A DNA stretch of 64,000 nucleotides, taken from assembly GCA_021613535.1 (NCBI GenBank), contig CP075492.1, forward strand, positions 6,386,001 through 6,450,000, given 5' to 3'. Both the position numbers and the translations under genes were made by a program. Under the pieces are notes generated by a model. That model was given only the letters and a program-made list of their open reading frames with translations. It did not search any database and was not told the origin of the DNA. Source of the stretch: Adineta vaga (taxonomy: Eukaryota; Animalia; Rotifera). Shown one piece after another: positions 10,975-23,708 of the stretch. Within the stretch, counting starts at the first letter, position 1, and every line of letters starts with the position of its first letter.

Positions 10975-11774
10975 TTATCCGGTTGATGGTACATCAGCCA
11001 CTGTGCCATTTTGGTCAACATAGATACAAACACGATCATACCGTATATCTTTAGATATTTTTGAACGATCGGTAACAATGATAACGTCTTTGAGACCTAA
11101 AATACACAATTATATCGTAGGATTTAATAAGAAATATTTATATTTACCTGTTTCTTTTTTAATAATCTTCTTTGCATCTTCACCTTTTATACCAACTAAT
11201 GAAGGCCATTCTCGCACTCGATAATAGGATCCAGCATCGTGATCTAGAATAAGGTAAAACTAGTATTGAAGAATTCATAGAAACCTTTTTTCACATACAA
11301 AGTACACGTTCAACAGGAATATCAATGAAAGTTGTTCGACCTTTTCCTAATAATCTTACTGCTATTCGTCTCATATTTACAAACAATATTTCATCGTATA
11401 TATTGACAATTCTAACATTAACTATATGTAAATGATCACGAATAATTTGATGTGGATCATAAGTAATATTAAAGATAATTGGAAATACAATTGCTTCACG
11501 TGTTTGTTCTGCAATTTTTATTGAAAATCTATCTGTTACAGATATATCATGTAATTCAATAATTAAACGACTCTCCTGTTCGAGTGAAGTTAATGAATGA
11601 AATGGATAGATAACTTGACCATCTAATTTATAATATTTACAAGCTTTATCATTTATGAAAGTACCTAGATATGAGAAAACAAAACACATATTTCGAAATG
11701 TTACTTTTATTCTATTTACCATTTATATCGATGAAAAGAAGAAGAAAAATAATTAAACAGAAGAATTTCATCAT
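10975..11774 (-). CDS. Secreted YbaY/YscW-like + potato inhibitor I (I13) fusion protein, paralogue B (P1 Lys)
   Basis: Signal MMKFFCLIIFLLLFIDING; LDGQVIYP..LIIELHDISVTDRFSIKIAEQ..FPIIFNITYDP; REWPSLVGIKGEDAKKIIKKETG..KISK-DIRYDRVCIYVDQNGTVADVPSTG*. Same three intron positions as paralogue A. Confidence 0.8.
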
Positions 11775-12162
11775 CAATTGAAATAAAATTTTAAGCAAAG
11801 AACGATGAAGAATAGAAGATATAAATTCAGTCTTTTCTGTTTTTCTTTCTTTGTTTTCTATAGGTCGAAAATTTATGTCGTACTTATCCATCCTCGATGT
11901 TCCTTTATTTCTTCTTGAATTTTTTGTTCACGAGAGTGATCTTTCATCCGTCAGGGTAGTCTATCATATCGTCGAAAATTCTCTTTACATTTCTCGATCG
12001 TCTTCATTGTAACTTTGTCATACTGTATAGAAAAGTATATCATTTCAAAATTCGAATTATTAGTGAATACAAGGGTTTAGTTTTTACATTAGCTGACATT
12101 TTATTAAACATGCTAAATAAAGACATACAGAAAAGATATAATATCAATTTTGTTTCGTTTTA

Positions 12163-12363
12163 TTATTTCGATTGATTTCCTTGTTGTTGTTGTTGTTTTT
12201 GTTGCTGTTCAAGTTTCCTCTTTAGAGCATCTAATTGTTCAGATTCTTGTGCATGAAAAAAAGCATTTTCAGCAGCTCGACCTCGTTCACTGAACGCGCC
12301 ACCTCCTTGACCAATTGAACCAGCTTGCGCTCCCAAATGAATATTTTGATCATTAGAAGACAT
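12163..12363 (-). CDS. Mitochondrial ATPase inhibitor IF1-like protein (66 aa, no evident presequence)
   Basis: AGSIGQGGGAFSERGRAAENAFFHAQESEQLDALKRKL matches the IF1 core [38 protein letters not shown] at 12425-12433 (- strand). Confidence 0.8.
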   Translation of the reverse strand: MSSNDQNIHLGAQAGSIGQGGGAFSERGRAAENAFFHAQESEQLDALKRKLEQQQKQQQQQGNQSK

Positions 12364-12943
12364 GTTGATTTGAATTTTTAAATCTGAAAAAGAATTCACA
12401 GTTCGAATCATCTACTTTTCTTGCTTTTATATATCACAAGAATGACGTTGTTCTTATTCATATTTGTTGTTTTTTTCTCATGCAATATTCTTTTGTATTC
12501 GTCGAATATTCTACTCGTTGCGTTCTTCAATAGCACGTGAAGATGATGAATCATATATTATCCGTACTAAAATGGACGAATCTGATGTTCTATTCGGATA
12601 TTTATGATGGGCTGGACATTATTTTACATTCTTTTTATCTTCCATATATCAATAAATGTCGAATTAATACATAAGAGAAGAGTTTCTCAAAATCGTGTAA
12701 TAAACTAAAGTCGTGCTTTCCATTTTGACAATGCCCGATGATCATAGGAAACGTTGTTCAAATTCTTCAATTAATTAATGATACAAAAATGATTTCTACA
12801 TGTTTCATGAGAAGCCAGTTGCAATTGATTAAAGAAAACATGGAAATCATCATAGAGGCCGATTGAATTTTGTGATGGATGCAAATATTCGATCCTAACA
12901 TACACATTCGTTATCAACATATATAATTTAGTCGTTTATTAAA

Positions 12944-13498
12944 ATGGTAAAGATCGCACTTCAATTAAAAGCAAATTTAGAGAATGTGACAGATTTTCAT
13001 ATTGAATCTTTTGATGATTTTATTTGGTATTTGAAAATCGATTGCTCAAAATGTCATACACAATCGGATAAATATCATGATATAACTTTAAAAGAAGCAT
13101 CAAGTATAGCTGGAAGTCGTGGTGAAGCAAATTTTATTATGAAATGTAAATTTTGTTCTCAAGAAGGTAATATTAATATTGAACCTATTAAACCAGCTGT
13201 TAGTTATACAAGTGAAGATTCAGATAATCATAAGTTTAAAACTATTGTTATATTCGATTGTCGTGGTATTGAACCAATTGATTGGCAACCAGGTTAGAAA
13301 GAATTTTGTTTTTATCAATTTAAGGAATGTTTTCTTTTCTCTCTAGGGGATGGATGGACATGTCAAGGTGTAGAATCGAATACAAAATTCAAAGCAATCG
13401 ATCTATCAGAAAACAAAGAATGGATGGATTATGATGAAAAAACAAAAGAAGCTGTAACTATTAATGAATTGGAATTTAAATTTGTTAAAGTGAAATAA
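12944..13498 (+). CDS. CZIB: CXXC motif-containing zinc-binding protein (C1orf123/DUF866 family), 2 exons
   Basis: MVKIALQLKANLENVT, CSKC, GSRGEANFIMKCKFC, FDCRGIEPIDW, EWMDYDEK. Confidence 0.92.
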
Positions 13499-13750
13499 AA
13501 GAAAACGAACTTTTGATATTTTATTGTTTTTTTTTTACTCAAAATAAAGATAACGACATTTGAAAATAGGATGATCTACTGTCCGTCCATATTGAACTAA
13601 TAGACTGACATGAGAAGAAAAAAGTCGACTGTTCTTTCTTCTTTTATCACATCTCTGTTCGTCAATTGGCTTTTTTTTCTATCCATTGTCACACAACATA
13701 AGTTCAATATTCAATTGACACATAATTTGTTTAATAATACTCTTCTTTCG

Positions 13751-13960
13751 ATGTCATCGGAAAGTCAATCAACAACTTCGAATACAGATAGTACTTATGA
13801 ATCATCATTAGATCAATTACGTTCATTATTACCAAATTCTAATGCAAAAGGCATGTCGGATTATGATGTAGTTCGTTCTGCAACTGATTATATTCAAACA
13901 TTAATGAAAGATACTGGTACAACAGATTCCAACACGAATGGCAATGAAACATCATGGTAA
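13751..13960 (+). CDS. Small HLH protein lacking a basic region (Id/extramacrochaetae-like)
   Basis: SLDQLRSLLP-loop-MSDYDVVRSATDYIQTL is helix-loop-helix; the preceding segment is Ser/Thr/acidic rather than basic. Confidence 0.65.
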   Translation: MSSESQSTTSNTDSTYESSLDQLRSLLPNSNAKGMSDYDVVRSATDYIQTLMKDTGTTDSNTNGNETSW

Positions 13961-14356
13961 CTTTTGTTTTCGATATTAGTTTTCTCGGAAAATAAATACT
14001 TAAAGATTGAAATTGTTCATTGTTGAGATGATTCATATATATATATTTTTTTTGTATTTCTTTGTATCTGATAAAATTCAGCAACAATGTTACACGGCTA
14101 ATGTAAAAGATGATAAAACTAATATCCATATAAATGAGAAGATAATCTACTAACGAATAAAACTAAAAGCAAATGTAGCGTACAGACAAAACACACTCAT
14201 ATTTAACATGAGTTTTCAAAAAGGAAAAATAAATACAAGAAGAACATAAACTCTTCTTGAAAAATAGAAATTCAATGAAAAAGACAAAAAAAGAAAAATT
14301 ATTCCTTCTCTAAGATTTTAGAGAAGAAATATCACTTTGTTTTCTTTTTCTATATA

Positions 14357-15840
14357 CTAGTAACAATCCATCTTCTCCGTATTTATATTTGCCGCCATTG
14401 TTGCTTGTTCATTAAGTATAAGTGCTTTGTCATGTAATTGATGATGAACAAGTTGAACTTTTTGAAAAAGCATTGCACGAATGTCGGATAATTGATATGG
14501 ACTAAGATCAAGTTGAAAAGCTTCTTCTGATGATGGTTCACCACCTGCATCTTTTCGATAATTATTAAACAGAGAACTATGAAGAGCATCTTCAGCTGTG
14601 AGTCGTTTTTGTGGATCCATTAATAATAAGCGATCAAGTAAAATAAATGCTGTTTCATCAAGATTTGGTACAATTGATTCTGATGGAATAAATGATTTCG
14701 AATGATAATTTGGACATTGTGATAGAATTCGACGAAGAACAGTTAAAGATTTTTCTGATATTGTTGGATAGGCAATCTTATGTTCATGTGCAAGAAACCC
14801 AAAGGAACCACAACGATGTTCAACAACTAAACGTAATTGATCCACATAATGACGTCCAGGAAAAAGTGGTTGACCAAAAATAAGTTCACCAAGAATACAA
14901 CCGACTGACCACATATCCATTGCTGATGAATATGTTCCATCACAGAGCATTAATTCAGGTGCACGATACCATCGAGTACATACTAAAGTCAAGTTTTATT
15001 GAGATTATACTTTGATATTATGAAAACAAAATAGAAAATAGAACATACCATAACCAGTCATCGGTGTATTTGCTTCTTCTTCAGGCACACGAGCGAGACC
15101 AAAGTCACCTATTCGTAAATGACCATCAAGATCGACAAAAATATTACTTGGTTTTAAATCTCGATGTACTAAATAGAAAAAAAGATTTGCTTATTACATA
15201 TTATGCAAATTCAAATACTTACAAACTTTTGCTGAATGAATAAATTTCAATGCTCTTAATAATTGATAGAGAAAATGTGGAATATGACTACTTGTTATAA
15301 TACGTTTATCAATTGGTCGTTGATTATTCATTTTAATCAATTGATGAAGATCTAAACGCATTAAATTAGTGACAAGATAGATTTCACGCATTTGTTCAAC
15401 TGTTGTTGCTGGTGTATAACAATCTAGTACTTGAACAATATTATCATGTTTAAGTGGTGTTAATATACAAATTTCACGTAATGAACGCGAATAAAATAAT
15501 TTCGCTTCCATCGCATTAATTGAGGGTAATTTAATCTTTTTTATAGCGACTTTACGTTGAAGTAAAGCATCATAAGCCGATATAACTTGTCCATATGCAC
15601 CTGAACCGATCATTTTCGGTGCTGAATAGCGTGAACCAAGATGAAAAACATGTCCATCAAGAATAATATTTGTATTCAACGATGGTAATAATGATGGATA
15701 TCGACGACGAGAAACATCGCGACAAGGATCATCACAAAGCGATGAATCTATATCAAAACAGATGTTTGCTATGATTTTCTTTGGCCAAGTACAAATAGAA
15801 TCGCACAAATATATTACTTACAATTCGTGTCACGAGGCAT
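14357..15840 (-). CDS. MAP kinase, divergent p38/HOG-type (TGY), 4 exons
   Basis: [44 protein letters not shown]|[18 protein letters not shown]; probable start MPRDTN at 15840; TATA near 15881-15890. Confidence 0.88.
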
Positions 15841-16269
15841 GTGTTCGATCGACAGTGGATATGTACATACGATCGAAGTCTATTTATATATACAAGATAA
15901 TTCTAATAATGATGTTATGGTAGAGAATGAATAGAGATATAGAGAGAACTTTTCGTATTGCCGATGCCTTGATCCAGGTCATATGTGTTCATCGCATGCA
16001 ATCGACTCGATTTATGGTGGAAAGAAAGAACGAAATATGTAAAAACAAAAAAAGAAGAAATGACATATTTAATATGATTAAATCTGATGAAAATCGTTTC
16101 GATTTTCATAAAAATTTAACGGTACAGAATAGACAAAGAATAACGAATGAATTCAAATTCGATCATTCACTTTCTTCTCGACAAATATCTACTAGTTAGT
16201 CATCTATATTTCATTGTAAGAGCTTAGGTAAGTTTGTATTACAAATGAATTATCATCTTTTAGTTTAGT

Positions 16270-17223
16270 AAATTCATTGAAATGTTTAGTTCTTTTCTTT
16301 AGTAATTGGATCAAACTTGAAATGTTCACTGTAGCGAGAAAGAGGACGAATTCTAACACATTCTGCAGCTAGATATTGAGGCACAACACTTATTATAGAG
16401 TACAATATGTCGATCTATATACTTTGAATGTAGTTGATTGATCAAGTTGAAATACATCTTCAGATTTGTTCTTAAATAAACGATAGATGCATGATGTAAA
16501 TTTTGATATCGTCTAAGCGAATATCCACATACACACACATAGATATAATTCATACAAGACTGAAAGGATCGTATCGATTAGTTTTTATAATTCTTCATTA
16601 TTCACACAAATTGATTGTTGAGTGACTAATAAAGGTCGCGTAAAACCAACTTCAACTGCATCTATGATCAAATCATTTTCACAAATAGCACTATGCTAAG
16701 ACATTCATCTACAATACATTTAAAAAAAATAGAACATACTTTCTATATTGATTCAGTAATAAATTTACTTTTAACATTTCATATATTTGTTGTAAAACTT
16801 TCTTCTTATCTGGACTAAGATTAACAACACAATTTAATCTACAGAACAAGAATAAGATTTGAATGAAAAACTATCTTAGTAATACATACACAACAACATC
16901 GAAAGAATTCATTTTTAATTCAATATCATCAGTAAGGTGCTCTATTTTATCTAGATGAAATTCGACATTTGATTTAGAAAAACCAAATACTTTTGTATGA
17001 TAATCAATAAAATCCATAGTATCTATAATGATAGGAAAATTGTCTTTACATGTATGATACTTGAAGATGAATGATATCCGAACTTTGCAATGACTTCTGT
17101 ATAAATCTTTTCGAGAATATCATTGATAACAGATAGAATACGTGTTTTCGAACAGCAAAAATCCGTTTTGAAATCATTGGAACTTTTTAATTGTTGACCA
17201 TAATAATCTTCATGGATAGTCAT
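16270..17223 (-). pseudogene. AS3MT: Arsenite methyltransferase (AS3MT/ArsM-like) pseudogene
   Basis: EDYYGQQLKSSNDFKTDFCC, DYHTKVFGFSKSNVEFHL, SFDVVV/NCVVNLSPDKKKVL, ECLS..EVGFTRPLLV..VNNEEL*, SCIYRLFK, SRYSEHFKF. The SAM-binding DLGSG segment and the GGE.YFSD segment are absent; there are frameshifts and an in-frame TAA. Confidence 0.8.
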
Positions 17224-17774
17224 AATATTGAATTGACTTCAAATGATGACGAGTCAAATATTCGATAATAAATCCTTTTTTTTATCTGTTCTTCGCTTTT
17301 GAATAGTTAACAGAAAGGTATAGTGTGTATATAAGCTCTTATAGTACAAAAAACAAAAATGAAAACTATAAATATTAGAAGTGACATCTAATTTGTCCAC
17401 GATAACTTATAGACAATACGAAATTCACGTTAACACTGAAAATGAAACCGATACTCTTTACAAGAATAGTCCATGTCTTTATGATTCTGTAAGATTTCAA
17501 AAACGAACATATAAATCATATCATTTAGACGTAATAGATAATATAATTACTTCGACAATCCATTGAGTGCATATGTCATAAATCAACAGATGTCATTAGT
17601 TGGCAATTCATTGTCCTCCTTCTATGTTATATCTAAACCAATCCTATTACAAACATTGTATAGAGGTTTTTGATGTCATTTCTTCAATGGTAAAAGTAAA
17701 AGCAAAGCATGCCTTATGTGCATCGAATCGGACATCATATGTTTGACTACTATTTCATTGGATTTATTTTTTAG

Positions 17775-20700
17775 ATGACTTCTGCGGTGAATAACACCGC
17801 ATTGATCGATGATGATATAATATCTACACCATCGAAACGACGTCGTTCATCGATCGTATCATCTACAATTGAAAGTTCAATTGAACAATCGCCGTCCAAA
17901 CGCGTTCGTTCATCATCACCATCAGCAAATCTTCAAACAATATTCTCCTGCGTCAATGATATTGTTCAAACACATCGAAATCTCGTTCGAGAATATATTG
18001 ATTTACATATGCGTGATCGAACGGATTTATCTGCTGATGAACAACGTTTTATAAAAGGTGAAGAAGATCTTATTGAAAAAATCGAAAAAAATCTTCAAGA
18101 AATGAACACATCATTGACTTTAAAAGATTTACCAAGTAAATTACCAATCGATCGTGTTAGACATGAAGGTGATATATTAAAACGTATCGATGAATTGAAA
18201 TCCAAAGGTCAATGGTCTAATCAACGTTTAGTCAAATTTCTTGAACCGAAAAAACGTAAAACACATTGGGATTATTTACTTGATGAAATGCGTTGGTTAG
18301 CAGAAGATTTTGCTCATGAAAAACGTTGGAAACAAATGATGGCAAAGAAAATCTCTTTGGCTATATTGAAATATTTTCGAGAGAAAAATCAAGCAGAAAA
18401 TCAACAACAACGCGATGAATTGAAACGTTTACGTAAACAAGCTTTATTTGTTTGTAAAGAAGTAATGAATTTTTGGAAAAATATGCATAAAATTGCTGAA
18501 TTTAAAGAAACTACACGAATACAAGAATTAAAAAAACATCAATTAGATTTACATTTAAATTTTATTGTTGATCAAACGGAGAAATATTCGGATTGGTTAG
18601 TTAAATCCTTGAAAAGTGAAACCAATGAAGATGATGATAAAGATTTTAATGTCACAGAAGATATGCATGATGATGATAATGAAGAAACTATTGAACGTGA
18701 AGAAGAAGATGAACAAGATGAATATGCTGCTAATGAATTGAAAGAATTAGAAGCTGATCAAGAAGAATCTATTGATGCATTATTAAAACGTTATTATGGA
18801 ATTGATTTGTCCAATTCATCGAGTGAAAAAGAAAATAATATTCCAAATGAAACCAAATCTGATGATAAAAATGCAGAACCAATTGAAAAAGAAGACGAAG
18901 ACGAAGACGAAGAAGGTGATAATGATGATAATGATAACGCTGAAAAAGTAGAAGAATCCAAAAGCGATCCAATACAGAATAAAGAAATGAATGATTTAGC
19001 TACAACAGCTCAAGCATTACAACCAACTGGATTTACATTAAATACAACAGAAGTTAAGACACCGGTGCCATTTTTATTGAAACATTCGTTGAGAGAATAT
19101 CAACATGTTGGTCTTGATTGGCTTGTTACATTATATGATAATAAATTAAATTGTATTCTAGCTGATGAAATGGGTTTAGGTATATGATCTTTAAAAGTTA
19201 AATTTGATTTTCTTTCCTTTCAAAAACTTATTTTGCGAGAAAAGATCAATTTAAAATATTTCTATTTTTCTTTCAGGTAAAACCATTCAAACAATTGCCT
19301 TACTTGCTCATTTAGCCTGTGAAAAAGGTATTGATTCTTTTATTTACGATTGTCAAATATGAAATTTGATCTATCTTTTTATCAGGTGTTTGGGGTCCAC
19401 ATTTGATTGTAGTTCCCACAAGTGTTATGCTCAATTGGGAATTAGAATTTAAAAAATGGTGTCCAGCTTTTAAAATTCTTACTTACTATGGTTCAGTTAA
19501 AGAACGTCAAATGAAACGTCAAGGTTGGACGAAAGTCAATGCATTTCATGTCTGTATAACATCGTATAAACTCGTTCTTCAAGATGCTAAAGCATTTCGT
19601 CGTAAGAAATGGAAATATTTAATCTTAGATGAAGCTCAAAATATAAAAAATTTCAAATCACAACGTTGGCAAACGTTACTCAATTTTCATTCACATCGTC
19701 GTTTGTTATTAACCGGTACACCTTTACAAAATTCTTTGATGGAATTATGGTCATTAATGCATTTTCTAATGCCAAATCTATTCGCTTCACATCAGGAATT
19801 TCGTGAATGGTTTTCCAATCCATTAACTGAAATGATTGAACAAGGTCAATCAAATGCCAATGATCTATTAATTAAACGTTTACATAAAGTTTTACGTCCA
19901 TTTATTTTACGTCGTTTAAAAGTTGATGTCGAAAAGCAAATGCCAAAGAAACATGAACATGTCATTATGTGTCAATTATCCAAAAGACAACGACAATTAT
20001 ATGATGATTTCATTCAATGTAGATCGACTCGTGATGTTATACAACAAGGACATTATATGTCTGTCATCAATATCTTAATGCAATTGAGAAAAGTTTGTAA
20101 TCATCCGGATTTATTTGAATCGCGACCAATTATATCACCATTTACAATTCAAAAGAAATTAATCAATTTAGAAATACCAAAATTAATCGATAGAATTCCA
20201 TTGAAAAATCCTTATTTAGATTTTGATTTACCACCTAATGATACATTCCTTTGTTTTCGAATTAAATTTACTTTACAAGCAACACGAGAGATGATATTCG
20301 ATTCAATTAATTTCAATGATGAAAATCAACGACAAATTCTTCAATTAACATCGGATATTATTGAAAGGTATAGAAATAGTTCATTATGGCATCAAGCAAA
20401 TACAACAATAAGAAGTGAATAGAATTAAATTACATTTCATTTCAAACATAAACATCTTTTAGATACTCGTCATCGACAATCAACAAAGTTAATTACTTCA
20501 GTCGATTTTAAAGATGAAGAATATCAACCAGAAAATATCTATGTAAGTTTAGTCCAAAGAAAAGATTTTCCCGATTTACAATTCATTGTTCAATTTCAGT
20601 ATGAAATTTGTAAACAACGTCAACGTGAACGTTTATCACGTTATGAATTACTTTGTCGTTTGAATACTGATCGTTGTCAATCTCGTCCATTGTATGGTTC

Positions 20701-23363
20701 AGATGTTTTGACTCAAGTACAATTAGCTATGTCACCTTGTAATCGTTTGAGGCGAACAACTTTTAGTGGCTATGCATCTTGTCATGATATATTTAAAGAA
20801 TTCAATACGATTAAAGATTATTTTTCTACTACGAATACACTTCGAAAATTGATTCGATCTAATAAAGATATTATCAATGATTATCACGATATATTTGATC
20901 GGTATGTATAAGAAAAAAAAAGTCGTTCAATAAATTCTACTTCGATGATTGTTTCTACTAGTTTTGTTATGTGTACAACTAAAGTTATTGCCTCACCGAT
21001 TGAATTATGTCAATTGAATGGTATTAGTTTGAGACATAAAACTATTAATAAGAAACCATTGATTGAAGTCATATCTTCAACGGATTTTGAAGTTCTTTCA
21101 ACAATAAATCAAATCAAACAGAATATGTTTTTACAATTTCCTGAACGACGTTTAATTCAATATGATTGTGGCAAATTACAAACACTTGATATTCTTCTAT
21201 CGCGATTAAAACGTGAAAAACATCGTTGTTTAATCTTTACACAAATGACAAAAATGCTTGATATACTTGAATTATTTTTAAATTATCATGGTTATACATA
21301 TGTTCGATTGGATGGTACAACACAAATTGTTCAACGACAAATGTTAATGGAACGATTTAATAGTGATGAGAAAATCTTTGTTTTCATTCTTTCAACTCGT
21401 GCAGGTGGTATTGGAGTGAATTTAACTGGAGCTGATACGGTGATTTTTTATGATTCCGATTGGAATCCAACTATGGATGCACAAGCACAAGATCGTTGTC
21501 ATCGAATTGGTCAAACGAAGGATGTACATATTTATAGGTAGAAAATTTTTAGCTTTCAATTATCTTATGTTGTTTTGTTTCGAACAGATTGATTAGTCGA
21601 AATACAGTTGAAGAAAATATTTTGAAAAAAGCGAATCAAAAACGTTTACTCGGTGATTTAACAATTGATGGTGGTAGTTTTGATGTGGCTTATTTTAAAA
21701 AGAATAATATTCGAGATTTATTTGATCAATCAGCAACATTAGAAGATATTGTCCGTGAACGGAATAGTTACCAGCAACATTTAGATACTGCTCGGGCAGC
21801 AGCAGCAGCAGCAGTACCAACAACAACCACATCGAATACAGATAATAGTAATTTAACTTTAACACAATATGAAGAAGCACTTGCTGCAGTAGAAGATGAA
21901 ACAGATCGACATGCAGCCGATGAATTAAATAAAGAAGTGAAAGCCGAATTAAATGAATTTAATGAAGAGGAAACAAATGATTTAAATGAAGATCAATTGA
22001 TTGAAAAACAAAAACGACAGATGAATAAAGTTGAAGAAGAATTAAAAACTTTCGATCAACAAGTATTTTGTTTTCAATCTCTTTCTGTTTCTCTTTTCTA
22101 TTTATTCGTCTTTAATTTTAGCTTCGACCTATTGAACGTTATGCTTTACGTTGTGTAGAAGTCTATCGTCAAGAACATCAATTAACACAAGTCGCACCGA
22201 ATACTTATCTTGATGCAGAACAAATTCGAAAAGATTGGCAATTATCTCGTTTGAAATCTTTGAAAGAAGAGGAAGAAAAACAATTGGAACAAGAAGATGA
22301 TGAAATGATGTATACCTATGCATCGGATAATGAACGACAAATTCAATATAGTTATACATATTCTGCTGCACAGAATAGTTTAGTTGCCAATGAATTAGCA
22401 CGACATGAAAAAAGTTCTGCTGCCATTGCCGCTAGTCAATCATCATTACTGCCACCGCCACCAACAGTTATTCCACCATCAACTCCTCCTTCTCCTCCTC
22501 CTTCGCCAGCTTCTATTCCACGTCCTGTTCTTATCAAACGTTCATCTCATACTCCAAATGAAAATCTTCGAAGACGGCGTATGCAACCAATACCATCTTT
22601 ACAACTACCAACTCCTCATCCTCCTCCTCCTCCTCCTCCTCCTCCTCCTCGTCCACCTTCTCGACTGCCGCGACCACCCTCACCAGTACAAACACTAGTT
22701 CCACCTGCATTGATACAAAAACCTAGTCATGTTACTTTAAAACAACAACAAACATCCTCTCGTCTAGCGAAAAATCGACATAATAGCAATGATGATTGTG
22801 TGGATTCGACTACACTTCTTCTTGCTGACGATTTTGATGATGACGATGATGATGACGATGAATTTAATAATGATCAAAGAATTTATTCATCGAAATCAAC
22901 AACAACATTATCAACTGTAACACGAAAACCTATTTCAAATATTACACGTGTGACACAAAATCCATCGTCTTCAACAACAAATTCCAATGGACAACAACAA
23001 ATCTGGATTGTTAATTCATTAGATCAGCAATCAGTTCTATCCTTAATCAATTATATTAATCCAAATTCGACTAATAATTCACGTTCAACTGGATCAATTC
23101 TCTTAAGTAATAAATCTAATACGAATACTTCACCCGTTACGAATCTTCTCACTCAACAACAACCACGATCATCAACAGCAGGTACTGTTTATCAAATTCG
23201 TCCATCTCAACAACAACAACAACAGCAACAGCAACAGCAGCAATCCTCTACATCATCCCAGCAGCAGCAGCAGCAGCAACAGCAACAACAACAACAACCA
23301 CAAAACGTTGTGTATCAAATACAAAATGGTCGAATATTTCAATCAACTAAAAAGACAACATAA
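17775..23363 (+). CDS. SRCAP: SWR1/Domino/SRCAP chromatin-remodelling ATPase (multi-exon)
   Basis: HSA domain ([17 protein letters not shown]), [38 protein letters not shown] split-ATPase insertion, [21 protein letters not shown]; poly-P/poly-Q tail. Confidence 0.95.
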
Positions 23364-23708
23364 TATATATATATATATCTTCTTTATCAGCTTTATTTCA
23401 CTATCGCAGGCGATAATTCAACAGTGTGTGTTTGTTTTTCTCGGTGTTGTCTCACATATGCATATAGTCATATAAAAAAAATTTTCTTGTTCATGTTTTT
23501 CTTTTTTTCTATGTGTGCGTTTGTTTCTTTTTTCTCTTCTCTTCTCTTCTCTATCTCTCTCTCTCTGTTCTACTAATATGAAATATAAACTTATTAAATT
23601 AAGCAACACACATATATCCAATCCTTATTTTGTAAATTCTACTAAATATAAACAAGAGTAAATATTAATATTGAGCATATAGAAATTTATTTTAAAAAAA
23701 AGTTCTTC

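Noticed and set aside
22440-23300. (CCT)n, (GAT)n and (CAA/CAG)n runs
   Set aside because: Coding poly-Pro/Asp/Gln tracts of the SRCAP tail; ordinary low complexity
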